Source: a virus
Lineage: Duplodnaviria > Caudoviricetes
Length of the DNA: 64,000 nt
Virus record (IMG/VR): IMGVR_UViG_3300028832_000117
Span: 34,312-98,311 of that record
Strand: one strand, 5' to 3'
In this document: positions 1 to 9,504 of the stretch, one piece after another
How the letters are laid out: each line of letters begins with the position of its first letter
Position numbering within the stretch: the stretch's first letter is position 1
The notes under the pieces: model-generated
What the model saw: the letters and a program-made list of their open reading frames with translations, nothing else
The model's database searches: none
What the model was told of the DNA's origin: nothing
Program-made: the position numbers and the translations under genes

Positions 1-86
1 TGTCTGCTACGACTGCGGGGCGCGCGGACCGACGCATCCGACCGCCGAGGGAGCGGAAGCCCATTGGGCCGAAAGGAGGCAACCCC

Positions 87-560
87 ATGGAAGTGCTTGA
101 GTGCAAGAGCGTGGACGGCGCGATCACGGCGATACCGATGGACCGCATCGACTCGATAGCAAGGAGCCTGTACCGTAGCGCCGTCATGGTGACGACGAAG
201 AGCGGGCAGGAGTACCACATCGAGAAGGACTGGCGCATAGTCGAGGTGGAGGGCTGGGACCAGGTGCTCGAAAAAATGTTTACACAGAAGAAAGGAACGA
301 CACAAGATGTACAAGGTACCCCGCGTAAGCCCGTCGGCGCTGGCCGCAACGGAGCAGTGCCCCCGGTTCCGGCCGGACGGCAAGGACAACGACGCGTCGA
401 TAGACGGAACGCTGTTCCACGAAACGATGGAGGAGCTGGTGGTCCACCACCCGCCGGAGACGTGGCCGGAGGTGATCGCAAAGATGGAGCTGAGCCCGGA
501 TCTCCGGAGCCTGGTCCTCTCGGCGTCGGCGACGGTCAAGGACCTGGCGTTCGCGCCTGA
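87..560 (+). CDS. Hypothetical protein (3' half overlaps the next gene and may be shadow)
   Basis: Strong RBS AAGGAGG before ATG 87; first ~70 aa look like a real protein. Confidence 0.5.
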   Translation: MEVLECKSVDGAITAIPMDRIDSIARSLYRSAVMVTTKSGQEYHIEKDWRIVEVEGWDQVLEKMFTQKKGTTQDVQGTPRKPVGAGRNGAVPPVPAGRQGQRRVDRRNAVPRNDGGAGGPPPAGDVAGGDRKDGAEPGSPEPGPLGVGDGQGPGVRA

Positions 561-1620
561 GTACACCGCGGTCCCGGCGGGGCGCAACGCGCTCCCGCCG
601 AGCTTCCAGGTGTACCCCAACTTCCGTCTCAGGATGCGCGGCGGCAAGCCGAGGGTGGCTCCGCTCAAGCCCGGGGTCTACCCGGAGTGCGAAGTCGACC
701 GCGGGCAGAACCGCCACGGCTACATCGACCTCATGGTCGTGACGCCGGAGGGGCTTGTGTTCATCCTGGACTACAAGTCCAACCGTGCAAGCAAGAACTT
801 CCGCCTGCAGCTCGCGGCGTACGCATGCGACGTGAACAGGCTCTGCCCTGCACACGATTCGTTCGTGTGCATCATAATCGCGCCGCGTCTTGGCGAGGAG
901 GACCAGCTCCGCATGGAGCTCGGCCCGTCCGACCTCGCCGTGTTCAGGCGTCGCATCGAGCGCATAGAGGAGCTCGCCGATCGGTCCGCCAACGACGACG
1001 AGATACCCGGCCACCCGTGCGACGCGTGCCAGTACTGCCACTGGGCGGGCATATGCAAGTTTCAAGCCGAGGATGCGGTGGCCGTGGCCCGTTACGAGCC
1101 GACGGTCGCCCGACTCGTGCAGCGGGGGATATATGCAGGGGAACCTCTCACGCCCGAGACGTTCCGTGCGCCTGCGACCCCCGCACAGCGCGGTCTGCGC
1201 CGTGCTGTACTGAAGAACCTCGAGGCCATGATTGACGCCATGAAGGACGGAGACAAGGAGTGGGTGCGGCTCAACCCCACCACCGAAGTCCCCGGCTGGA
1301 AGGTGTCGTTCGCCAAAGGACGCTCCGTTCTCGACAAGACGAGGATGAAGGATATCCGGCAGGCGATTATGTCCCGTTTCGGGTTCACTCCGGAGGAGCT
1401 GGCGGACGTGTCGGTGGTCGACGCGAAGCTCCTGGAGGAGAACCTCGTCACGGTATGCGGCTATGCGAAAAAGGCCGCGGCCGAAGAGGTGAAGCGGTGT
1501 CTGGAACCGTTCTCTGCTGCCGGAAGCCCTGTGCTCCGGTGGACGCAGGTCCGGGATCCGGCATCGGATGTCGACGCCGAATTCGTCGACGTGACACCAA
1601 GGGAAGCCATAGGAAACTAA
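307..1620 (+). CDS. Cas4-like PD-(D/E)xK exonuclease (phage DUF2800-like)
   Basis: QCPRF, GTLFHE, GYIDL...ILDYKS, QLAAYA, CQYCHWAGIC: RecB-like core with a 4-Cys arrangement. Confidence 0.85.
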   Translation: MYKVPRVSPSALAATEQCPRFRPDGKDNDASIDGTLFHETMEELVVHHPPETWPEVIAKMELSPDLRSLVLSASATVKDLAFAPEYTAVPAGRNALPPSFQVYPNFRLRMRGGKPRVAPLKPGVYPECEVDRGQNRHGYIDLMVVTPEGLVFILDYKSNRASKNFRLQLAAYACDVNRLCPAHDSFVCIIIAPRLGEEDQLRMELGPSDLAVFRRRIERIEELADRSANDDEIPGHPCDACQYCHWAGICKFQAEDAVAVARYEPTVARLVQRGIYAGEPLTPETFRAPATPAQRGLRRAVLKNLEAMIDAMKDGDKEWVRLNPTTEVPGWKVSFAKGRSVLDKTRMKDIRQAIMSRFGFTPEELADVSVVDAKLLEENLVTVCGYAKKAAAEEVKRCLEPFSAAGSPVLRWTQVRDPASDVDAEFVDVTPREAIGN

Positions 1621-1641
1621 GGTAACCGGAAAGTAACAAAC

Positions 1642-2568
1642 ATGAGCCAAGGTAAACAGCCAGCGGCGGAACCGCTCGATGACGTCGTTGACGCGATGAA
1701 CGCGAGCGAAACCGCAGTAGCCACGGTTCCGACAGGAGCCGTATCGACAGAGGTCAAGGTGCAGGGGGCCCAACTCGAGTTCCCCTTCATCCGCATAGGC
1801 CAGGGAATGAGCACGTGGAAGACCACCGAGGGGCGCAAGCCGCAGATCGGAGGTCTCTACATCGGCAAGAACAAGGAGAACAACGTCCTGATCGCCGACG
1901 AGGGCAAGGAGGCCGGTATCTGCGGCATCCTCCTCGAGGTGGTGCAGGGCTTCAAGGAACGCCGCCAGTGGCAGGCCGGAATGGGCGCGCCCAAGCGTTG
2001 GATCGTCGGAACGCCGAAGGAGGACGGAACCCCGTCCACCGAGGCCGAGGTCCTCGCGAAGGCCGCAGAGGAGGGCTTCTCCCTCCAGCCCAAGGAGACC
2101 GGCGAGGTGTGGCCCGACACAGGCCGCCCGAAGCTCGTGGCGAACCTCGACAGGTTCTGCTACGTTCTCATGCTGGTGCCGGTGCCTGATACGTTCGAGT
2201 CGGACGACTTCCGTCTCGTCCCGATCGGGGACCGTCTGTACACGACCGCGCGCTTCGAGTTCGAGAAGCAGTACTACAAGTCCGTCATGTCGGTGCTGCA
2301 GAACATCGAGGCGAGGGCGAAGTTCGCCCACCGTCACGACAAGACACCCTACCAGTTCTCCGTGAACGGAATGGTCGTGCACATCTACTCGACCACGATG
2401 ACCAACCGAAACGGCATCGAGTACGTCGGACCCGCGTTCGAGCGAGCCCTCAGGGACGGAAAGCCCTGGGAGTTCACGACCGAGGAGAAGTCCGACTTCA
2501 CCCAGTTCCTGATGTCCGCGAAGGCGGGCTACGCATCCGCGGAAGACGCGGAGTCGACGGAGTGGTGA
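1642..2568 (+). CDS. Putative ssDNA-binding/recombination protein
   Basis: Lies between the nuclease and the polymerase; PFIRIGQGMS motif; acidic tail ending in an aromatic residue (EDAESTEW). Confidence 0.5.
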   Translation: MSQGKQPAAEPLDDVVDAMNASETAVATVPTGAVSTEVKVQGAQLEFPFIRIGQGMSTWKTTEGRKPQIGGLYIGKNKENNVLIADEGKEAGICGILLEVVQGFKERRQWQAGMGAPKRWIVGTPKEDGTPSTEAEVLAKAAEEGFSLQPKETGEVWPDTGRPKLVANLDRFCYVLMLVPVPDTFESDDFRLVPIGDRLYTTARFEFEKQYYKSVMSVLQNIEARAKFAHRHDKTPYQFSVNGMVVHIYSTTMTNRNGIEYVGPAFERALRDGKPWEFTTEEKSDFTQFLMSAKAGYASAEDAESTEW

Positions 2569-2588
2569 TGAACGAAGGCTGAGACCTG

Positions 2589-2633
2589 TAACCCGCATGG
2601 TTCCGGAAGGAATCGTGCGGGTTATTTTTTTTT
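2589..2633 (+). terminator. Rho-independent terminator
   Basis: TAACCCGCA..GTTCC-GGAA-GGAAT..TGCGGGTTA stem followed by a T9 run. Confidence 0.9.
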
Positions 2634-2645
2634 CTTCCTGACCCC

Positions 2646-2675
2646 TTGACACCATGCAAGGAGTTATGGTACAAT
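2646..2675 (+). promoter_or_regulatory. Sigma70-like promoter P1
   Basis: TTGACA-18 bp-TACAAT with extended -10 TG. Confidence 0.85.
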
Positions 2676-2685
2676 ACGCGTCACC

Positions 2686-3198
2686 ATGAAGAAGATAGAG
2701 TCAAAGAACGGAACGAAGAGATACGTGTTCGAGAAGGGCGACGGCGTGCGCCGCAGGTTCCTTCCGTTCATGGAGGAGTGGCGCGTCAGGCTCCCGGACC
2801 CCAAGGAGTATGCGCCGCGTGCGCGGCTCAGGCATCCGCACGAGTGGTACCTCGACGAGAGGCACATCATGCAGAGGCCGAGCATGGGGCTCCTGTCGCT
2901 CGCGCAGTTCGCCGAATGGATGCTGTACATGACGCAGATGAAGGCCCACGGCAGCAAGGCGCACGTCGCCGCAACGAGGCTCTTCCTCTACATACAGAGG
3001 CGCATGCGGGCCTACATGCACAGGCAGGGCCTCGACAGGCCGCTCACGCGCAGGATGACGGCGATCTACAGGGGAGCGGCACGCATCGCGCTCGAGAGGG
3101 CGCGGCACGCCTACGGACTCTATGTGCAGCTCGAGCCGCCCAAGAAAGACCCCGATGCAGTAGACCCCCTTGACACCATACGTAACGATATGGTATAA
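2686..3198 (+). CDS. Hypothetical basic protein
   Basis: Directly downstream of P1; Arg-rich, helical. Confidence 0.65.
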   Translation: MKKIESKNGTKRYVFEKGDGVRRRFLPFMEEWRVRLPDPKEYAPRARLRHPHEWYLDERHIMQRPSMGLLSLAQFAEWMLYMTQMKAHGSKAHVAATRLFLYIQRRMRAYMHRQGLDRPLTRRMTAIYRGAARIALERARHAYGLYVQLEPPKKDPDAVDPLDTIRNDMV

Positions 3199-3199
3199 T
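3170..3199 (+). promoter_or_regulatory. Sigma70-like promoter P2 (DNA polymerase)
   Basis: Perfect TTGACA-18 bp-TATAAT with extended -10 TG. Confidence 0.9.
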
Positions 3200-3234
3200 G
3201 TACGACGTTTTTGACAAACACAAGGAGACATCTA

Positions 3235-5316
3235 ATGTCAAGCAGAACAGAAGACGAGCTGGCCGTAGCGATAGACTACGAGACCTACTATCACTCGAGG
3301 GAAGGATACTCCCTCTCAAAAATGCCGACGTGGCAATACTGCGCGGACCCGCGCTTCGACGCGTACCTGGTGGCCATATGCGGCTACGACATCTTCAGGA
3401 ACCCCTCCGGCCTGGTCGCTACGGGGGACGTCAAGCCGGGGGTATACAGACGGCTGGACGACGGACGCGAACTGTACATCGGGAGACCTGAGCAGTTCCA
3501 GTACTGGGACGCGATAAAAGGCCGCCTATGCCTCGCCCACAACGCTTCGTTCGACCAGGTGGTCACGGTCGAGCTCGCCAAGCGCGGCAGGATCCCCGCA
3601 TTCATGGGCGAGTCGAAGTGGGCGTGCACGGCCGACCTGTCGAGCTTCCTCATGGCTCCGCGCAACCTGAAGGGCGCGATGAAGGAGCTGTTCGGGAAGG
3701 AGATCTCGAAGGAGGTTCGAGCCGGCATGGACGGGCGGCACGACTACGAGCTCAACGAGAAGGAGTACCGCGACCTGGTCGAGTACGGCGGGTCCGATGC
3801 GGTCGAGTGCCACGACCTGTGGCTGAAGTACTCCTCCGAGTTTCCGTACATGGAGCGCCGCATCTCCGAGTTGAACCGTCTTTCCACCATAAGGGGCATC
3901 AAGCTCGACGCGGAGTACGTCCGCAGCTCGCTCAAGGAACTCGAGTCCTACCTGGCGGTCGTGGCGTGCGACATCCCCTGGTACCCCGAGAAGGCGCTCG
4001 GTTCGCTCCCCGCCCTCAAGAAGGCCGTCGTCGACATGGGCCTCACACCCTGCAAGTCGTTCAAGAAGGACGACCCCGGGTTCCTCAGGTGGCAGGAGCA
4101 GCACGGCGACATCCCGTTCATCAAGGCGAGGCAGAAGGCCATCTCGATCTCCATGTGCATCGCCCGCCTCAAGACGATGCTGGAGACGATGGACCCCGAC
4201 GAGCGCTCGCACCCCGCGTTCCTCTTCTACGGAAGCCACACCGGCCGCTTTTCGGGACGCTCCGAGTCCGCCGGCAACATGAACCTCCTGAACCTGCCGC
4301 GCAAGCCCGTCCTGAGCGGGGACGAGCATGTGTTCAACGGAGCCGGCGTCGACATCCGCGGCATGTACATAGCCGACCCTGGACGCTCGCTGTACGTTGC
4401 GGACTACGCGCAGATCGAATCGAGGATGTCCCTCTGGCTCGTCAACGACACCCATATGGCCGAAGCGCTGAAGCGCGAGGGCAACCTCTACACGGCCAAC
4501 GCGGTCGCGATGGGCTGGTGCAAGTCGGGCGACGACATCAAGCACACGGCCCCCGAGCTGTACCGTCTCGCGAAGTGCTGCGTGCTCGGCCTGGGCTACG
4601 GCATGGGCGCCGTGAAGTTCATCGACTCCTGCAAGTCGCAGGGCCTCGACCTTCCGTCGGTCCCCGTGGAGGAGTGGCCTCCGATCGACCGCCGCCTCCT
4701 CTTCATCCTGCGCAACGTCGCAGGCGTCCGCGGAGACCCCTACGCCCCCGTCAACCAGCATCGCGTCGGGCAGGTCATCTACTCGTTGCGCACCGTCGAC
4801 TCCTGGCGCCAGGCGAACCATCTCGTCTGCGAGAAGTGGAAGGAGCTGGAGGCCGCGTTCAAGGCGAGGGCCATCGCGGGCAAGGAGACCGTGGCGTTCC
4901 GCCTTCCGAGCGGACGCATCAAGAGGTACTGGAACCCGCAGCTCGCGAAGGAGCCTACGATCGAGGTCGGCGAGGACGGACGCGAACACCCGTCGTTCCG
5001 CATCGCCATGCGTGCGAGCGTGATGCGCGGCGGCCCCGCGACGTTCTTCACGGGTGGGTCGCTGCTCGAGAACATCATCCAGGCCAGCGCCCGCGACCTG
5101 CTGATGAGCGCCATAGTCGAGGTGTGCGACAGGCATCCGAACTGGAACTACGTGTGGAACGTGTACGACGAATGCATCATAGACGTCCCCGACGAGGAGG
5201 TGCCGCTCGCCGAGGTCGAGATCCCGAAGCTGATGACGGGCGGCGACCACATCAAGTGGGCCGAGGGCCTCCTGCTCGAAGTCGAGGGCGGAGCATGCAA
5301 GAAGTACCACAAGTAA
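3235..5316 (+). CDS. polA: Family A DNA polymerase with 3'-5' exonuclease
   Basis: DYET and HNASFD exonuclease motifs; TGRFS; ADYAQIESR (motif A); AKCCVLGLGYGMG (B); ENIIQ; VYDE (C). Start moved to ATG 3235 (RBS AAGGAG). Confidence 0.95.
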   Translation: MSSRTEDELAVAIDYETYYHSREGYSLSKMPTWQYCADPRFDAYLVAICGYDIFRNPSGLVATGDVKPGVYRRLDDGRELYIGRPEQFQYWDAIKGRLCLAHNASFDQVVTVELAKRGRIPAFMGESKWACTADLSSFLMAPRNLKGAMKELFGKEISKEVRAGMDGRHDYELNEKEYRDLVEYGGSDAVECHDLWLKYSSEFPYMERRISELNRLSTIRGIKLDAEYVRSSLKELESYLAVVACDIPWYPEKALGSLPALKKAVVDMGLTPCKSFKKDDPGFLRWQEQHGDIPFIKARQKAISISMCIARLKTMLETMDPDERSHPAFLFYGSHTGRFSGRSESAGNMNLLNLPRKPVLSGDEHVFNGAGVDIRGMYIADPGRSLYVADYAQIESRMSLWLVNDTHMAEALKREGNLYTANAVAMGWCKSGDDIKHTAPELYRLAKCCVLGLGYGMGAVKFIDSCKSQGLDLPSVPVEEWPPIDRRLLFILRNVAGVRGDPYAPVNQHRVGQVIYSLRTVDSWRQANHLVCEKWKELEAAFKARAIAGKETVAFRLPSGRIKRYWNPQLAKEPTIEVGEDGREHPSFRIAMRASVMRGGPATFFTGGSLLENIIQASARDLLMSAIVEVCDRHPNWNYVWNVYDECIIDVPDEEVPLAEVEIPKLMTGGDHIKWAEGLLLEVEGGACKKYHK

Positions 5317-5327
5317 GGAGTCGCGCA

Positions 5328-7664
5328 ATGTCAACCAAGTTCCTGTATCTTCCCAACCTCGCCACCACGGACGTCACGGAGATCGAAAAGCCGTGGGACG
5401 TGGTCCTCTCCGACGAGGTCCAGGCGCTCAGCACCGAGGACTACAAGCGCAGGTGGCGCAACCCCGACACGAAGCACTGGCTGCTCCTCCTCGCCGAGGG
5501 GCGCGTCGCGGACCAGGTGGTCTCCGTCCTCAACCCGGCGGCGGTCCTCTATGGCTTCGCGGCCGACTACGACGGCACGGTGACCCCGGACCTCTACGAG
5601 GCCCTGAGGACGAAGAAGGGTCCGACGAAGTACAGGCCCGCCTGGTGGTCCACCTCGCATTCGGGGAAGCTCCACCTCTTCTGGCTCTTCGACCGCCCGG
5701 TCTCCGTCGTCAACAACAAGCATGCGATGAAGCTCATGCACATCGTGGCCGCGAAGATCAAGGCGGCGATGTGGGCGGCGGGATACGACCCCACATGCGA
5801 GAAGCCGACGCAGGTCATCGACATCGGCCGCGAATGGAAACCCGTGGACGAGTCGGCGCGCATCCCGGCGGACGAGGTCATAATGTGGGACGTGAAGCTC
5901 TTCGAGCGGGAGGCGCAGTTCCTCGTGGACGAGCGCGTGGACATTCCGTTCGACGTCGCCATCGACGAGCTCCGCAAGCGTTCGTGGCCGCATCCGCTCC
6001 CCGCGACTATCACGGAGGGAACGAGGTGCCTCCGTTTCTGGGACCCGGACGCCGACAATACGACGGGTGCGCAGTTCACGTCGGCGGGTGTGCGCGTCTA
6101 CACTCCGCACGACAACGGGTTCGTCTCGTGGAAGTTCCTCCTCGGCAAGGACTTCTGCGACGAGTATACGGCCCATTCCATGGCCCCGTTCTACGAGGAC
6201 ACGTTCTACTTCCCGGCGAAGGACGTGTACTGGCGCTTCCTGAGGTACGACGAGCACCCGCATTTCGAGCCGAGGCTGGAGAAGTCGCTGAGGCGCGACA
6301 TGGTGATGGAGGCCAAGGTCTCCACGCGCAGCCCGAAGGACGGGCTCTCCCCGATCGAGGAGGTGCTGAAGAACATCGGCGACCGCCACGCCGTGAAGTA
6401 CGTGGCGCCACTCCTCTACGAGCGCACGGGTCGCGTGTTCTCGCCGGCCCTCGGGGACTACGTCCTGAACATCTCGACCGTGGTTCCCAAGGCCCCCGCG
6501 CCGCCCACTCCGGCCGATCCTATCGAGGTCGCCCAGCTCACCGAGAAGGGCGTGTTCCAGTACCGCGACGATCCGTTCCTGAGGCGCTGGGACAATCCGT
6601 TCGCGGTCCGCGACTTCCCGCACATCCACAGGCTCCTCACGGCGTTCTTCTCGCGCCCGTCCGCCTACCGCAAGTGGACCGTGGAGAAGGATGGGGACCC
6701 GCTCTGCGTACATGATGCGCTCGAAGGGCAGGGGCAGCTCTACTACCTCATCTCGTGGCTCGCGCACTTCTACAACGGCGCGTGCTCCACGATGAAGGGC
6801 AAGGGGCAGGTCCTCTTCCTCGCAGGCGACACCGGGCTCGGGAAGTCGTTCTTCGTGCAGCAGATAGTCGGAGGCCTCATGGGAGGCGCCGACGACGCGG
6901 CCAAGTTCTACGTAGAGAACTCGCGCTTCTCCTCCACGCTCGCGAAGAAGCCCGTCCACTACATAGACGACCGCCTCGGCTCGCTCGCCAAGCGCAACCG
7001 CTTCGCGTTCACCGAGCGCCTGAAGACGCTCGCGGCGAACAGCCTCCTCCGCTACGAGGAGAAGTTCGGCTCGTCGGTCGAAGCCCTGCCGTGGCCCGGA
7101 CGCCTCGTCGTCCTCTCCAACCTGGACAGGCAGTCGCTCTCGGTCCTTCCCGACCTCGAGATGTCGACGCGCGACAAGTTCATGATGCTCAAGATGATGG
7201 GTGCGAGGTTCGAGTTCGGCACCGAGGCCGAGAACGCCAAGTGGCTCGCCGAGGAGCTCCCGCACTTCGCGTGGTTCCTCAGGCGCTGGGAGACGCCCGG
7301 CGTGATGATGGACGCGCGCTTCGGCGTTGCGGCGTACCAGCATCCGGACCTCGCGAGGGCGTCCGCCGAGAACGGCGTCACGCTTATCGTAGCGGACGCG
7401 ATACTCGACCGCATCGAGGAGGACAGGGCGCTTGCGGACCCGAAGGGCTCGGAGAGCGACAGGGGAGGCTGGGCGTTCGAGGGGCGCCTCGTCAAGATGT
7501 ACCAGTGGCTCACGGAGAAGAACCCGTCCAACATCAGGGACTTCGACAAGCAGGACCTCATGAACTGCCTCGATGCGTTCCTGCGCTCGGGCGCGTACAA
7601 CCTGGACTACGATACGGTCACCCGTGTCTGGCGGATCGCATATGATTTCAGAAAGCCCGCTTGA
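5328..7664 (+). CDS. Primase-helicase (AEP-like N-terminus plus SF3/DUF5906-like NTPase)
   Basis: ADYD and SGKLH primase-like motifs; Walker A GDTGLGKS, YIDD, LSN. Start ATG 5328 after AAGGAG. Confidence 0.85.
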   Translation: MSTKFLYLPNLATTDVTEIEKPWDVVLSDEVQALSTEDYKRRWRNPDTKHWLLLLAEGRVADQVVSVLNPAAVLYGFAADYDGTVTPDLYEALRTKKGPTKYRPAWWSTSHSGKLHLFWLFDRPVSVVNNKHAMKLMHIVAAKIKAAMWAAGYDPTCEKPTQVIDIGREWKPVDESARIPADEVIMWDVKLFEREAQFLVDERVDIPFDVAIDELRKRSWPHPLPATITEGTRCLRFWDPDADNTTGAQFTSAGVRVYTPHDNGFVSWKFLLGKDFCDEYTAHSMAPFYEDTFYFPAKDVYWRFLRYDEHPHFEPRLEKSLRRDMVMEAKVSTRSPKDGLSPIEEVLKNIGDRHAVKYVAPLLYERTGRVFSPALGDYVLNISTVVPKAPAPPTPADPIEVAQLTEKGVFQYRDDPFLRRWDNPFAVRDFPHIHRLLTAFFSRPSAYRKWTVEKDGDPLCVHDALEGQGQLYYLISWLAHFYNGACSTMKGKGQVLFLAGDTGLGKSFFVQQIVGGLMGGADDAAKFYVENSRFSSTLAKKPVHYIDDRLGSLAKRNRFAFTERLKTLAANSLLRYEEKFGSSVEALPWPGRLVVLSNLDRQSLSVLPDLEMSTRDKFMMLKMMGARFEFGTEAENAKWLAEELPHFAWFLRRWETPGVMMDARFGVAAYQHPDLARASAENGVTLIVADAILDRIEEDRALADPKGSESDRGGWAFEGRLVKMYQWLTEKNPSNIRDFDKQDLMNCLDAFLRSGAYNLDYDTVTRVWRIAYDFRKPA

Positions 7665-7690
7665 CACCATGAGAGGAGATATGCTATAAT
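7661..7690 (+). promoter_or_regulatory. Sigma70-like promoter P3
   Basis: TTGACA-18 bp-TATAAT; the -35 contains the primase TGA stop. Confidence 0.85.
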
Positions 7691-8179
7691 ATGGACACCA
7701 TGATGAAAGAGGAACAGACAGTATACTGCGGGTTCGACCCGGGCAAGGACGGCGCCGCTGCGTTTCTAGGCGGCGGGGAGGTGTATGTAGTGCCTTTCGA
7801 CAAGGCCAGGTACATACAGGCGCTGCTGCTGTTCCAGCATGAAGGGTACAAGATACGTGCCGTCGTCGAGCATGTCGGCGCGATGCCGGGGCAGGGAGTG
7901 ACAAGCTGCTTCTCGTTCGGCGAGTCGTTCGGCTGGCTGCAGGGGGTGCTGGACGCCATTGGCGTGTCGTATGAACTGGTACGTCCCCAGCGCTGGAAGA
8001 AAGAGTTCGGTTGCACGAAGGATAAGAACACGTCGATTGCCGTTGCGAAGCGGTTGTTCCCCGATGTGTCGCTTCGTAGAACAGAACGGTGCACGAAGGA
8101 CCACGATGGTATGGCAGAAGCCTTATTGATGGCGTGTTTCGCCTTTCGTAAGATGGGAGGAACTGTCCATGGCGCGTAA
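7691..8179 (+). CDS. RuvC-like Holliday junction resolvase
   Basis: GFDPG, VVEHV, GQGVTSCFSFG, PQRWKK, DGMAEALL. Confidence 0.9.
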   Translation: MDTMMKEEQTVYCGFDPGKDGAAAFLGGGEVYVVPFDKARYIQALLLFQHEGYKIRAVVEHVGAMPGQGVTSCFSFGESFGWLQGVLDAIGVSYELVRPQRWKKEFGCTKDKNTSIAVAKRLFPDVSLRRTERCTKDHDGMAEALLMACFAFRKMGGTVHGA

Positions 8180-8837
8180 GGTCCCTCTCATTCCGATAGG
8201 AAGCGTCTTTGGCCGGCTGACGGTGGTCGGACATACGACCCTCCGGGGGCGACGGGCGTGTAAGTGTTTGTGCGAGTGCGGTGCGTCTCGTATCGTAGCG
8301 TCTTCCGACCTGCGACTCCATCGTACACGTTCGTGCGGTTGCTACAACCAAGAGCAGCGTCTTGTATCCTCTAAGACCCACGGAGATTCGAGAACACGAC
8401 TCTTCCGTATCTGGGCACTCATGATCGAGAGGTGCAAACCAGGCAATGTCCAAGCGAAGAATTACGGAGATCGTGGGATACGTGTCTGTGACGACTGGCA
8501 GAACTACGAGGCCTTCCGTGCGTGGGCCCTTGCGAGTGGGTATAGTGATGAGCTGACCATCGAACGTATTGACGTTGATGGTGATTATACCGCTGAGAAC
8601 TGCACATGGATCCCGAGGGCACGACAAGTGTTCAACCGTCGTACAACGGTTCGGGTGACCTTGAACGGTGAAACTAAATGTCTGTCTGAATGGTGCCGTG
8701 AGAAAGGCGTAAAATACCACACAGCTATTGCTCGCTATAACAACGGTTGGGCAACAGAGCACCTTTTCGATCCACCTATTCCGCATGAGGTCTCTTTCAG
8801 AGGATCTGAATATATCAGGAGGCACTTCCATGGCTGA
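8169..8837 (+). CDS. Free-standing HNH-type homing endonuclease
   Basis: FGRLTV, CLCECG, SCGC, YGDRGIRVCDDW, IERIDVDGDYTAENCTW; lower GC than neighbours. Confidence 0.85.
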   Translation: MARKVPLIPIGSVFGRLTVVGHTTLRGRRACKCLCECGASRIVASSDLRLHRTRSCGCYNQEQRLVSSKTHGDSRTRLFRIWALMIERCKPGNVQAKNYGDRGIRVCDDWQNYEAFRAWALASGYSDELTIERIDVDGDYTAENCTWIPRARQVFNRRTTVRVTLNGETKCLSEWCREKGVKYHTAIARYNNGWATEHLFDPPIPHEVSFRGSEYIRRHFHG

Positions 8838-9504
8838 AATGCTCAACCCGGTCGACGACGTGTTCCTCGACGAGAGCGGCAACCCGATAGGCCAGCTCGT
8901 CATGGCGAACTCCGTGCCTCAGGCGATGCCGGACACGGCGGTCGAGACCGCCGACGCGAACCTTGCGAAGTCGAAGGAGGAGGAGCTCGGGATGGACCTG
9001 GAGCTCTACCCCTACTACGAGGACATGGACAAGCGCCAGAAGGCGAAGCGCCTCTTCATCGTCGAATCGAAGACGGTCGCCGAGATCTCCAAGGCCACCG
9101 GGGCGCCCGAGCGCACGGTCGCGATGTGGGTGTACAACGAGCGCTGGGACTCCCTCGTCAAGAAGGAGCTGGCCGTCCGCGACATGCAAGCCAAGCTTGC
9201 GCTCGCGAAGATACGCGTCGAACAGCGCAACGTAATCGCCCTCGAGCAGCTCGAGCAGGCGAAGACCATCCGCAACCGTGCGGTCAAGGCGGTGGACGGC
9301 GGTGCCGTCAAGAGCGGCACGGACGCCTGGGCCGCGGCGGCCAAGGTCGAGCAGACCATCCTCGGCATCAAGGAGGGCGGCGACCTCGCGTCCGTGGCCG
9401 GCGCGACCGAGGAGGACGAGGACAAGAAGAGCGAGGGCGGCAAGAAGCCCCTCGTGGTCATTTTCAACGGCGGCCTGCCCGCCGCGACAAGGAGACCCCT
9501 ATGA
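8830..9504 (+). CDS. HTH DNA-binding protein, possible terminase small subunit
   Basis: AKRLFI...VAEISKATGAPERTVAMW...W HTH followed by helices. Confidence 0.55.
   Translation: MAEMLNPVDDVFLDESGNPIGQLVMANSVPQAMPDTAVETADANLAKSKEEELGMDLELYPYYEDMDKRQKAKRLFIVESKTVAEISKATGAPERTVAMWVYNERWDSLVKKELAVRDMQAKLALAKIRVEQRNVIALEQLEQAKTIRNRAVKAVDGGAVKSGTDAWAAAAKVEQTILGIKEGGDLASVAGATEEDEDKKSEGGKKPLVVIFNGGLPAATRRPL

Noticed and set aside
307-1620. Cas4-like gene as a sign of CRISPR-Cas
   Set aside because: No array or other cas genes; sits in a standard phage replication module
3528-5327. 600-aa N-terminal extension of the primase-helicase
   Set aside because: Overlaps the polymerase out of frame; RBS supports a start at 5328
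7681-7689. RBS plus ATG-CTA-TAA minigene in P3
   Set aside because: Explained by the extended -10 consensus TGCTATAAT
280-8903. Long antisense ORFs 280-2655, 3526-5334 and 5331-8903
   Set aside because: Shadows of high-GC sense genes that carry clear motifs; no RBS or motifs of their own
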